A stretch of DNA of 64,000 nt from Squalus acanthias (lineage: Eukaryota). Below the pieces are notes generated by a model, which was not told the origin of the DNA, did no database searches, and worked only from the letters and a program-made list of their open reading frames with translations. The position numbers and the translations under genes were made by a program. The DNA is taken from assembly GCA_030390025.1 (NCBI GenBank), contig CM059432.1:95978001-96042000 (forward strand), read 5' to 3'. Shown in pieces: positions 13,036-24,989 of this stretch (the stretch's first letter is position 1; each line of letters opens with the position of its first letter).

Positions 13036-14499
13036 CATCAAGTCAGAGACCATGCCCTGGCTAAAGCTTTAACCCTTCACAGTTTGTAATAACTCTTTTG
13101 TTGGACTAGATAAGGGTTCATTATTTAACGTCACTGTTGATCTGTCCCACTTATACCATGTTAACCATTCCCCCTACTTTGAACAATTGAAGAGGAGAGG
13201 AACAGCTGAGCTCATTTCTTCCTTTGCATTAAGTGCAGAGTCAAAGGGCCTCAGCGATGCCTCGGAAATGTGCAAAGGGAATGTAGAACTTCTGTATCTA
13301 GATATCTTTCAGCATATCTTTCTATTCCCTTTTCTCTCATGTTATTATGTTATTTATGGTATTATAATTTACATTAATATAAGCAGCAAACCCATGTTTG
13401 AGTAGCATTAATGATAGAATAGATTACACAAAGACTTTATGGGCCATATGGTATTTTCTCATTTCTTGATTCCTCGTATTCTTCTCGTTACTTTTTTCAT
13501 TATTTGTCTTGAATGATCATGAATTCATAATCTTTCAAAATGAGAAAACATATTTGTTGAAAAGCTATAAATATGACCGTGCCATCACAAAGTTCAGTAC
13601 TGCTCTACCAACCTGATTTTTAAAAATTGTTTTTAAAGATTTTTCATTGTTGCACCCACATGGAGAACCCACATAAACAATATATTAAATGGTCTTCAAC
13701 TTATTCCAGACAAAACTCCAAACACGGTTGTGTGTATAGAACTGAGCTACCGGGGTAAACAGTATCTTTCTCTTTCTCGGGGACAGAGCAATGTGAGGAC
13801 TAAGTATCTCAATCATTGGAGTTCCCCTCAGGCCACAGTAGTTTACCAATCTCCTCTGATTTGAAGTCAGATGACCCAAACTGCAACATCCCACCAGGGG
13901 CTTGGTGCAGACAGTGTAATTCTCCTTCAGACACAACTTCTGAAGATTTTGTCTTTCCCCACCCATTGGTAGTATCTCTGTTAACTGAGTATTGGAAAGT
14001 GACACAGAAGATAATGATATTGATGAGGGTGAAGATGAGAACTGTTTCCCATCTGGAGTAACCACATGATTTTCTGGAACTTTTTTTGTCTAATCCTCCA
14101 TGAACTTTTTCCCATGTCCAATGCACTGTACTCTCTACAAATCCTTGTAGATAGAGGATCATTTAGCCACGATACCTTACATGGACATTGACCTAGGATG
14201 AGTCCTTACTTTAACTAAAATTTGAACAACTTTATTTGTCGTAATGTATCTTTTGGCTGACATTCCATAGGCAAATGGTATTTTCCTAGTAGGTACATAT
14301 CTTCCAAAATCATCTGCAGGTGGGCCTTGCAGGGACCAACAGACTCTCCAAGTCAAGAGGGGTTACAGGGTTACTAAATGCTTTTCAGAGAGGATAAATG
14401 CAGTGTATCGTGATGTGGAGCTCCGATAGCCAAAATCAGCAATGCCAAGTTGCTCTTGGTACATAGGCCTAATGCCATGTGCAATGTGAAAGGGTTAAT

Positions 14500-16710
14500 T
14501 AATAACCTTGTAGTAAAGGGGCCTTTAGGGAAGAGTGACCATAATATGATAGAATTTTATATTGAGTTTGAAAGTTTGAAATTTAGTTAAATCCGAAACT
14601 AGGGTAAATCTAAACAAAGCGAACGATGTAGGTATGAGGGGCGAGTTGGCTAAGGTAGATTGGGAAACAACATTAAAAGATATGATGGTAGACAAGCAAT
14701 GGCTAGCATTTAAAGAATTAATACATGATTTACAACAAATGTACATTCCTTAAGGCACAAAAACCCCACAGGAAAAGTGGTCCAACCATGGCTAACAAGA
14801 GAAGTTAAAGATAGTAATAGATCAAAGGAAGAGGCTTATAATCTTGCCAATAAGAGTAGTAAACCTGAGGATTTTAGAATTCAGCAAAGCAGGGCCAAGA
14901 CATTGATAAGGAAAGAGAATAAAAAATATGAGCGTAAATTAGCAAGAGACATAAAAACAGATTGTAAACGTTTCTATAGGTATGTAAATAGGAAAAGATT
15001 AGTGAAAGTAAACGTGGGCCCATTAGAGGCAGAGACAGGAGAAATTATAATGGCAATAAGGAAATGGCAGAGACATTAAACAAATACTTTGTATCTGTCT
15101 TCATGGTAGAAGACACAAAAAAAATTCCGAAAATAATGGGGAACCAAGGGTCTAGAGAGAATGAAGAACTTAAAGAAATCAGTATAAGTAAATACATAGT
15201 ACTGGAGAAATTAATGGGACTAAGTGTCGACAAATCCCCTGGACCTGACGACCTGCATCCTAGGGTTTTAAAAGAGATAGTTGCAGAGATAGTGGATGCC
15301 CTGGTATTAATCTTCCAGAATTCCCTAGATTCTAGAACAGTCCCCAAGGATTGAAAGGTAGCAAACATAACCCTGCTATTTAAGAAAGGAGGAAGAGAAA
15401 AAACGGGGAACTATAGGCCAGTTAACCTGACAGCAGTAGTAGGCAAAATGCTAGAATCTATTATTAGGGACGTGGTAACAGGGCACTTAGAAAATCATAA
15501 TATGATTAGGCAGTGTCAACATGGTTTTATGAAAGGGAAATTGTGTTTGACAAATCTGTTAGAATTTTTTGAAGATGTAACTACTACGATGGATAAGGGG
15601 GAACCAGTGGATGTAGTGTATTTGGATTTTCAAAAAGCATTCGATAAGGTGCCACACAAGAGGTTATTACACAAAATTAGAACTCATGGTGTTGGGGGTA
15701 ATATATTAGCATGGATTGAGGATTGGTTAATGGACAGAAAACAGAATAGGAATAAATGGGACTTTTTCAGGTTGGCAGGCTGTAACTAGCAGGGTACCGC
15801 AAGGATCAGTGCTTGGACCTCAGCTATATACAATCTATATTAATGACTTTGATGAAGGGACTGAGTGTAATGTATCCAAATTTGCTGCTGATACAAACTT
15901 AGGTGGGAAAGTAAGCTGTGAGGAGGATGTAAAGAGGCTGCAGAGAGATATAGACAGGTTGACTGAGTGGGCAAGAACATGGCAAATGGAATACAATGTG
16001 GGGAAGTGTGAAGTTATCCACTTTGGTAGGAAAAACAAAAAAGCAAAATATTTTTTGAATGGTGAGAGACTGGGGAATGTTTACACTGAGGGACCTGGGT
16101 GTCCTTGTACATGAATCACAGAAAGTTAATATGCAGGTACAGCAAGCAATTAGGAAAGCAAATTGTATGTTAGCTTTTGTTACAAAGGGATTAGAGTACA
16201 AGAGTAAAGAAGTCTTACTACAATTATTCAGGGCATTGGTGAGGCCACACCTGGAATACTGTGTACAGTTTTGGTCTTACCTAAGGAAAAACATACTTGC
16301 CTTAGAGGGAATGCAGCGAAGATTCACTAGACTGGTTCCTGGGATGGGGGGGATTGCCGTATGAGGATAGATTGAATAGACTAGGCCTATGTTCCTTAGA
16401 GTTTAGAAGAATGAGGTAATCTAATTGAAACATATAAAATTCTTAAGGGGCTTGACAGGGTTAATGCTGGGAAAATGTTTCCTCTGGCTGGGGAATCTAG
16501 AACACGGATTTACAGTCACAGATTAAGGGCAAGACCATTTAGGACTGAGATGAGGAGAAATTTCTTCACTCAAAGGGTTGTGAATCTTTGGAATTCTCTA
16601 CCCCAGAGAGCTGTGGATGCTCAATCGTTGAGTATATTCAAGACAGAGGTCGATACATTTTTGGGAACGAAGGGAATTAAGGGATGTGGGGATAGTGCGG
16701 GAAGGTGGAG
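14500..16710 (+). mobile_element. CR1 LINE ORF2, decayed
   Basis: Consecutive frameshifted ORF pieces 14777-16726 with CR1 RT motifs. Confidence 0.9.
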
Positions 16711-18162
16711 TTACATAGAAACATAGAAGATAGGAGCAGGAGTAGGCCATTCGGCCCCTCGAGCCTGCTCTGCCATTCAATGCGATCATGGCTGATCATC
16801 CAAATTCAGTACCCTGTCCCTGCTTTCTCCCCATATCCCTTGATCCCCTTAGCCTTAAGAAATATATCTAACTCCTTCTTGAATATATTTAATGAATTGG
16901 ACTCAACTGTCTTCTGTGGTAGAGAATTCCACAGGTTCACCACTCTCTGGGTGAAGAAATTCCTCCTCATCTCAGTCCTAAATGACTTACCCCTTATCCT
17001 TAGACTGTGACCCCTGGTTCTGGACTCTCCTGCCATCGGGAACATCCTTCCTGCATCTAGTCTGTCTAGTCCTGTTAGAATTTTATAAGTTTCAATGAGA
17101 TCCCCTCTCATTCTTCTAAACTCTAGCGAATACAAGCCTAATTGACCTAATCTCTCTTCATACGTCATTCCTGCCATCCCAGGTATCAGTCTGGTGAATC
17201 TTCGCTGCACTCCCCCCATGGCAAGAACATCCTTCCTCAGATGAGGCGACCAAAACTGCACACAATACTCAAGGTGTGGTATCAACAAAGCTCTGTACAA
17301 CTGCAGCAAGACCTCCTTGCTCCTGTACTCGAATCCTCTCGCTATGAAGGCCAACATACCATTTGCCTTCTTAACCACCTGCTGCACCTGCATGCTTACC
17401 TTCAGCGACTGGTGCACAAGGACACCCAGGTCTCGTTGCACTTCCCCTTTTCCCAATCTATTGCCATTCAGATAATAATCTACCTTCCTGTTTTTGCCAC
17501 CAAAGTGGATAACCTCCCATTTATCCACATTATACTGCATCTGCCCAATTACCCAACCTGTCCAAATCATACTGGAGTTTCTCTGCATCCTCCTCACAGC
17601 ACACACGCCCACCCAGCTTTGTGTCGTTTGCAAACTTGGAGATATTACATCTAGTTCCCTCGTCTAGATCATTAATATATATTGTGAATAACTGGGGTCC
17701 TAGCACCGATCCCTGCGGTACCCCACTAGTCACTGCCTGCCACTCGGAAAAAGACCCGTTTATTCCAACTCTTTGCTTCCTGTCTGCCAACCAGTTTTCT
17801 ATCCAAGACAGTACCTTACCCCCAATCCCGTGTGCTTTAACTTTGCACGCTAATCTCTTATGCGGGACCTTATCGAAAGCCTTCTGAAAGTCCAAATACA
17901 CCACATCCACTGGTTCTCCTTTATCTATTCTACCAGTTACATCCTCAAAAAATTCCAGTAGATTAGTCGAGCATGATTTACCTTTTGTAAATCCATGTTG
18001 ACTTTGTCCGATCCTGTCACTGTTTTCCAAGTGCTCTGCTGTTACATCTTTTATAATGGACTCTAGCATTTTCCCCACTACCGATGTCAGGCTTACCGGT
18101 CTATAATTCCCTGTTTTCTCTCGACCACCTTTTTTAAATAGTGGGGTTACATTAGCTATCCT
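16711..18162 (-). mobile_element. CR1 LINE 3' portion, tail-to-tail with the previous copy
   Basis: ORFs 17530-18078 and 16806-17633; 3' UTR 'ggcccctcgagcctgct' and tail. Confidence 0.9.
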
Positions 18163-18377
18163 TAGGTTAACATTTTGGGTGTATTCTGTTTATAAGAACT
18201 CAGATTACAACGTGTGACAGTCCAGAAATAACCAGGTTCTCACAGTAGCAGTAAGTCTGTATTGTGCCTGACGTTAAAAAAAGGTTTTCTATGATTCATA
18301 GCTTTCTTTGTACTTGGTGCCTTTCAATTAACAAGATCATAATGGGCTCTTTTTACATTTTAGTGTTTCTTTCTATA

Positions 18378-18517
18378 GGCTTAATTCTACAATCCAACAC
18401 TCCCATTGGGGAAGCTGCACGTGGGTTGGAGATAGGGCTACAACATCGACCCTTCAATTTTCCAATCAGTTATGAGTGCGGCTTCCTGCTGAGAACATAG
18501 AGTTGTAGAATTATCCT
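18378..18517. mobile_element. Short MITE, probably Harbinger-type
   Basis: Ends GGCTTAATTCTACAA / TTGTAGAATTATCC are imperfect inverted repeats. Confidence 0.45.
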
Positions 18518-19544
18518 GTAAAAACTAATGAGCATGGAGTAACTTTGGCATTGATCATTTTACGTTTGTATCATTGCAAATGTTGATAGTTTTTGCGTAT
18601 TTTTTGTATTACTTCCTTTTTGCTGTACACGTTTTGCCATTCAGAAAAATAATGGCAATGATTGCAACTTCTCAGTTAAAGGTGAACTTTTTTGTCGTTC
18701 TGTTGTCATACTTAATGACTTTTGATATTGAATTATGTCAAATGGGTTGGTTTTATTGACTCACACTTATGACTTGCATGCCTAGTAAAGTGGACCATAA
18801 AAACCGATTTGCCATTTCTCAAAAGATTGCGTTATTGTTTGTGTGTAGAAACATATTCACCAGCCATGTTGGTTCCTTAATAACCTTTTACCTTGGGGAA
18901 GGTAGGTGGGGCGTCTTTGGGGTTGAAATGGCTCCAAGATGACATGATTGGTGATGGAATATTGGAAGAGGGTCTACCCTCCTTGGGAAGAGACTATAAT
19001 TTGATAAATGAGCCAGGCAAGTCCACAATACAACACTGCTGATTATTAAAGTAGTTGCCTGGAGGGTTAGACCTGTCACTGAAGGAGGTGAGATTTTCCC
19101 CACTCTAGATAACCCTGCAAGCCAGTGCTTTAATGGGTACAATGATCCTGATTGGACAAGGAGCAGGAAGCTTATCAGTGCCTTGGGTTTTATGGGGGGG
19201 GGGGGTGGGGGTGGGGGGGTAAACTGCGTGGTTTTAACCTGTGTACTGCTTGAGGGCCTCTAATGCTTGGCTGTTGCCAATTTGTGTCTAACACTCTGGA
19301 CTTCGATAAAAGGATCATTTCCCTGCGGGGAGGGAGTATGCACTCAATATTAGGCAAAAGAAAACTCTACCTGTATGAATTTGCGTTATTTGGTTTGGAG
19401 ACTCGTCAATACGGTGAAGGGTTTCCAGCAAGTAAGCTGACAAAACAAAATAAAATCACAAAAAAGCATTTGATCATGTGATAATATGCAGGTTGCTTAT
19501 TTGGATTCTATTAAAAAAAATATGTATCTTTTCTATCTTCCAAG

Positions 19545-19706
19545 CCTGAGGTAGAAGAATGGAGTTCCTGGGATGAAGATGGTCCAACCAGTGTTAAGAT
19601 TGAAGGGGGCAATGGTAATCTGGCAACACAACAGAATGGTACTGGAGAGCATGAAGAACCTGATTATTTTAAGGACATGACGCCAACCATACGAAAACCT
19701 CAAAAA
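19545..19706 (+). CDS. EBAG9: EBAG9 coding exon, 162 bp
   Basis: AG/GT flanks; PEVEEWSSWDEDGPTSVKIEGGNGNLATQQNGTGEHEEPDYFKDMTPTIRKPQK. Confidence 0.95.
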
Positions 19707-20079
19707 GTGTGTACTATTAATAATCTCCAATTTACAGTACAGAATGAAAAATATTCTTTGCAGTTTAAACTGCATGAAATGTAATTTTTGCTTAGAAAAT
19801 TATTGTTATTTGTAAGATTTCAAGTACCATTTAGTTTTTTTTTCTTTTTTTACTCTCAATATTAAAGACATTATCCAATGCAGATATATATTTTAAACAT
19901 CTTGCAGCCGAGGATTGATACCGAATTTTAATTTGAATATGTACTACTGAGATTGATTGGACTTGGACAAGTTTTGAATTGAATAGTGTAAAGTTCATTG
20001 AAGAGTGTAAAATTCTTAAAATCCTATCTTGTATTCAATAAGTCTGTGTTTAGAATAAAACAATTTTATTATTTCTTAG

Positions 20080-20187
20080 ATTATTATTAAGAAGAAAGAA
20101 CCATTAAATTTTGGAATCCAAGATGGCAGCATGGGGTTTTCCAGTAGACTAGCAGCTACACAGGACATCCCTTTCAATCAGCCATCA
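20080..20187 (+). CDS. EBAG9: EBAG9 coding exon, 108 bp
   Basis: ttcttag/gtaagt flanks; IIIKKKEPLNFGIQDGSMGFSSRLAATQDIPFNQPS. Confidence 0.95.
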
Positions 20188-20979
20188 GTAAGTATTTTCA
20201 TTACTTTTCATTTAGTTTTTTTCCCAATGATTCCCAGCAAAAACACTGGAGAAACTGACTGATCAGGACTAGGCTGTGCTTCATGGTGTTTGGAACAGTA
20301 GAATTTGTATTGCAGAATTAAAACCAACAGTTATTCAGAACAAGATCATTCTAATTGACCATCGTTTATAACATTTCACTTAAAGTTCTATAGTGTATGT
20401 TTGCCCACAAGTGTTACCTAATTATGGGAAAGCAAAATCATTGGAATTGGACTTTGTTGCCAGTAAAATTATTTAGGCATTAAATAATCCAAATTTTGGA
20501 TAAAGCAAGTTAGAACATTATATTTTGAAGCTTGGAATTAAATCCCTTTGAAGTGCTGAAGCCTAATAGCTGTTATAATTCAATCTTTTCACAAGTTGTT
20601 GATTAAATTGTCTCACATTATCTCACCCTCTTAAGAAAAGGGAGGGTAATACAGTCTGTATTACCCAGTATTATAAGTATGGGTCTTGATGGATCCAATT
20701 TTTCCCAGTATCACAGCTTTGTTTCCCTTGGTCTTATTGCCTACAAAACAGTGATTACACTTCAGAAGTAATCAGTTGGCTGTAAAGTGCTTTGGGGATC
20801 CCTGTGGACATGAAAGGCGCTATATAAATGCAAGTTCTTTTTTTCTTTATCCAAAATTCAGAAATGTCTAAATTTAAAACTTCATTTTGGAAATTTAATT
20901 TTCTATGGTGGATAATACCATACTGTATTATAGATTTTAATTACAGGAAAAATGACTGATGTCATTTGTTCTTTTGCAG

Positions 20980-21071
20980 GCTGAACTGGGGGATTTTGAC
21001 ACTTGGCAGGAAAACACTAATGCCTGGGAAGAAGAGGGAGATGCCACCTGGGAGGCAGAAGAAGTGCTGAG
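20980..21071 (+). CDS. EBAG9: EBAG9 coding exon, 92 bp
   Basis: ttgcag/gtaccc flanks; AELGDFDTWQENTNAWEEEGDATWEAEEVL(R). Confidence 0.95.
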
Positions 21072-22049
21072 GTACCCAATTTTAGCTTCTTTATTGGCAC
21101 TGGAAGAATGTTGGATGTAATGGCTTACAATATTGTTTTTTGTCTTGATACCCTAACCAAAGCATATAGACATTAAACAACAACAACTTGCATTTATATA
21201 GTGCCTTTAGCATAGTAAAATGTCTCTCAGGAGCGTAGTCAGACAAAAATTGACGTCGAGCCAAAGAAGGAGATATTGGATGGGTGACAGCTGCCAATGC
21301 TGGGGTGAAAGGAGTGGGGGATGCAAGAGAGGCCAGAGTTGGAGGAACGCAGAGTTCTTGGAGGGTTATTTTTCCTTATTTACTCTATTTCCATACAATT
21401 AGGAGTTCCCTCCCTCCTAAGCGGAGGATCGGGGAGGCTGCCTCTTAAAATTTTCACACATATTCAAAAACCTCCATTTTGACCAGAATTTCAATTAATT
21501 TTCCTCTATTAATCAAATGTGGTTTTATGTGTTGTACTCTCAAAATCAAAAGTTCTCTGTTTTTCAATTCTTTTGCAAACTGTAATTCAAACTTTCATTA
21601 GATGCCAAAGTTGTTTTTGTTATCTTACTATTTAGTTTGCTTTTTTATTTTCATGTTTATTTTAACAATTTGAATGAGATTTTTTTTGGTGGTATACTGG
21701 TCGACACTGACTCTGTCTTGGTGTAAAGACCTTGATATGAACCCTATAAGGATAGCCCTTTTGCTGTTACCTATCCCTTCCCATTTCCACTCTCCATAAA
21801 TTGCAATTCATTTAGAATGCTGCTCCCTGCTTCCTTACCTACTTAAAGTCACATTTTTATTCCCCTAGTTCCTGCCTGTGCCCCTCTATTATTTTTTAAA
21901 TCCTTGTCTTTGGTTTCCTTTATATAGTGCCTTTAACATAGTAACCTGTCTCACAGGAGCGTAGTCAGACAAAAATTGACACCAAGCTAAAGGACATAAT
22001 GGACGGTTGTCAGCTGTCAATGCTGGGGCGATAGGAGTGGGGGCTACTA

Positions 22050-23740
22050 TACTCAGCAATCACCGCCCCTCTCCACATCTTCCTCCAGAATGTCTGTTCA
22101 CTTGTGAACAAAGCCCTTGCCATCTATGAGCTTATTGTGGATGATTGCATTGACATCATGGCCTTGATGGAAACCTGGCTGAGGGGTGATGACACCTTCT
22201 CCTTAAATGAAGCTTCTCCGCCTAGTTACACCTTCCACCACGTGCCCCACCCAGACCGTTGAAGTGACGGTGTGGCGCTCATCACCAAATCACACCTTGG
22301 TCTATCCCTCAACTCCTCTGGCACTTTCTTCTCCTTTGAGCATCTCGCCTTGTTCCACACCTCTCACCTCATTTAAAATCCTCGTTCTCTACCATCCACC
22401 CAAGTACCACAAAAATATTCTCTCCGACATATCTTCACTGCTTTCCTCCCTCAGCCTCTGCACCGAGCGACTTCTCATCCTCGGCGATTTCAACCTCCAT
22501 CTCAATTCATCCTGTTCTCTCTCCTTCGAGTTCACTGACCTCCTATCGTCCCTTAATTTCTCCCTCCATGTAAACTCCCCAACCCATAATCATGGCCAAC
22601 TCCTTGACCTTGCTATCCCATGTGGCCTCGCTACTCCCATTGTGTCAGTCGCAAATAAGGCCATCTCTGATCACTTCCTTGTATCGCTCTCCACCCACAT
22701 CCCCCTTCCCTCTCCCATCCCTACTTCCTTCTGTGTCCGCCCCAGGAAAAAAAAAAGGCTCCCAATTCACTTACAACTGCACTTTCAAAATCCCAACTGT
22801 CTAGCCTTTGGCCCTCCATTCACCATAACATTTCTGCAGCTACCGATCTGCTCAACCACACCCTCACCTCCACCTTTGATGCCCTAGTCCCTATTAAAAC
22901 CATTACTCTCTCTCACCCTGGCCATTATCACGGTACGCCCCGCATCTCTGCTCCCTTAAAACCAAGGGATGCAGACTAGAGCGGAGATGGCAGACAACTG
23001 TTTAGCCATTCACTGCCAGATCTGGCTGGACCGTAAAAAGCACTATTGGGTCCTGCTCTCATCTACCAAAACTGCTAACTATTCCAGGATCATTCTGGAA
23101 TGCAAAGATAACCCCCCGGCTTCTTTTCTCTACTGCAAACCGTCTTCTTAAACCCCTCTCCTCTGTCTCCTCCACCCCCACCTCCATCAACATGTGCGAG
23201 GAGCTCATGGACTTTGTCTGTAAGATTGAGACCATCCGATCAGCTGCCTCTGCTACTTCCCTACCTTCCCCTAGCAGACCAGGCCAATCTTCCTCTAAGG
23301 TTCCCGCCTGTCCTAGCCCTGAACTCGCATCTTTCTCCAGTTTGTCTCCGCTCTCTTTCCCCACCCCCTCTCCGAGCTCATATTGTCTATGAAACCCACA
23401 TCCTGCTCCCTTGACCCTATTCCCACTAAAGTGCTGACCACCCAAGTTAGCTGGCATTGTTAACGGTTCTCTCTCCTCAGCTACTGTGCCACTCTCCCTC
23501 AAATCTGCCATCATCAACCCTCTCTTCAAAAATAAAACCCTTGACCCCCTCCGTCCTTGCAAACTACCGCCCCATCTCCAACCTCCCTTTCCTCTCCAAA
23601 TCCTTGAATGTGTTGTCGCCTCCGAAAACCTGTGTCCATCTTTCCTGGAACTCCATGTTTGAATCCCTCCGATCAGTTTTCCGCCCCTGCCACAGTACCA
23701 AAATGACATCTTATGTGACTGTGACAAACTATCCCTCCTG
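22050..23740 (+). mobile_element. L2 LINE ORF2 5' part (endonuclease to start of RT), decayed
   Basis: ETWL, LILGDFNLH, ISDHFLV and NYRPISNLPFLSK motifs. Confidence 0.85.
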
Positions 23741-24286
23741 GAACTTGCATTTATATAGCGCCTTTAACGTAGTTAAATGTCCCAAGCGCTTCACAGGAGT
23801 GTTATGAAACATAATTTGACACCTAGGAGAAATTAGGGCAGTTTACCAAAAGCTTGGTCAAAGAGGTAGGCTTTAAGGAGCATCTTAAAAGAAGAAAGCG
23901 AGCTAGAGAGGCAGAGAGGTTTAGGGAAAGAATTCCAGAGCTTATGGCCTAGGCAGCTGAAGTCACGGCCACCAATGGTTGAGCGATTAAAGCAGGGATG
24001 CTCAAGAGGCCAGAATTAGAGGAGCGCAGATAACTTGGGGGTGGGATTGTGGGGCTGTAGGAGGTTACAAAGATAGGGAGGGGCGAGGCCATGGAGGAAT
24101 TTGAAAACAAGGATGAGAATATTAAAATCTAGGCGTTGCTTAACCGGAAGCCAATGTAGGTCAATGCGCACAGGGGTGATGGGTGAACGGGACTTGGTGC
24201 GAATTAGGACACGGCAGCCGAGTTTTGGATGACCTCAAGTTTATGTAGGGTAGAACTTGGGAGGCCAGCCAGAGTGCATTGGAATA

Positions 24287-24989
24287 AAAATGAGAAGTCG
24301 CACAACACCAGGTTATAGTCCAACAGTTTTATTTGAAATCACGAGCTTTCGGAGCGCTGCTCCTTCGTCAGGTAAAGTGAAGGAATACAAATCAGCAAAG
24401 CATATATAGACAGAGAACAATGTGTAGCGTACAAAGCGTTCTCCAAGGCGGCCTTCGAGACACACGACAACACAAAATCATCGAGCAGAAACTGATAGCC
24501 AAGTTCCGCACCCATGAGGACGGCCTCAACCGGGATCTTGGTTTCATGTCACGCTACATGACGTAGAGTCATCCAGACTCGAGTCGTTGTTGGCTTGTTC
24601 ACAGATGTGATTTCCAGTTTTTTTTTAAAAAAAAAGTAAAAAGCTTAACCATACAGACTGCAGCATTTGACATGTTGGACCCCCTGTGACCCCACCTCAT
24701 TGTCTTAGCTGTATTTTGCTGTGTCTTTGATGTAATGCCTTCCTGACTGGCCTGATTGTATCTCTGCCGAGGTGTGATGGAGGGCAGTCAGAAAGTCGTC
24801 TGACATTGTACGCTACACATTGTTCTCTGTCTATATATGCTTTGCTGATTTGTATTCCTTCACTTTACCTGACGAAGGAGCAGCGCTCCGAAAGCTCGTG
24901 ATTTCAAATAAAACTGTTGGACTATAACCTGGTGTTGTGCGACTTCTAATTTTTGTCCACCCCAGTCCAACACCGGCATCTCCGCATCA
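24287..24989 (+). mobile_element. 5'-truncated Penelope-like element with inverted pseudo-LTR
   Basis: 12-bp TSD TGCATTGGAATA (24275-86, 24990-25001); 149-bp inverted arms 24286-24434 / 24806-24954; GIY-YIG C-terminus SVLQGGLRDTRQHKIIEQKLIAKFRTHEDGLNRDLGFMSRY at 24435-24566; 35-nt 3' tail. Confidence 0.88.
24865..24901 (+). ncRNA. Minimal type I hammerhead ribozyme (PLE-type); mirror copy on - at 24339-24375
   Basis: TTAC-CTGACGA-A-GGAGC-agc-GCTCC-GAAAG-CTC-GTGA: intact core, 5-bp stem II, palindromic AGCT in place of stem III. Confidence 0.8.

Noticed and set aside
16711..18162. Segmental duplication with 54026-55473 (similar 5' truncation point)
   Set aside because: Flanks are unrelated and the ends differ slightly; independent insertions of one subfamily explain it
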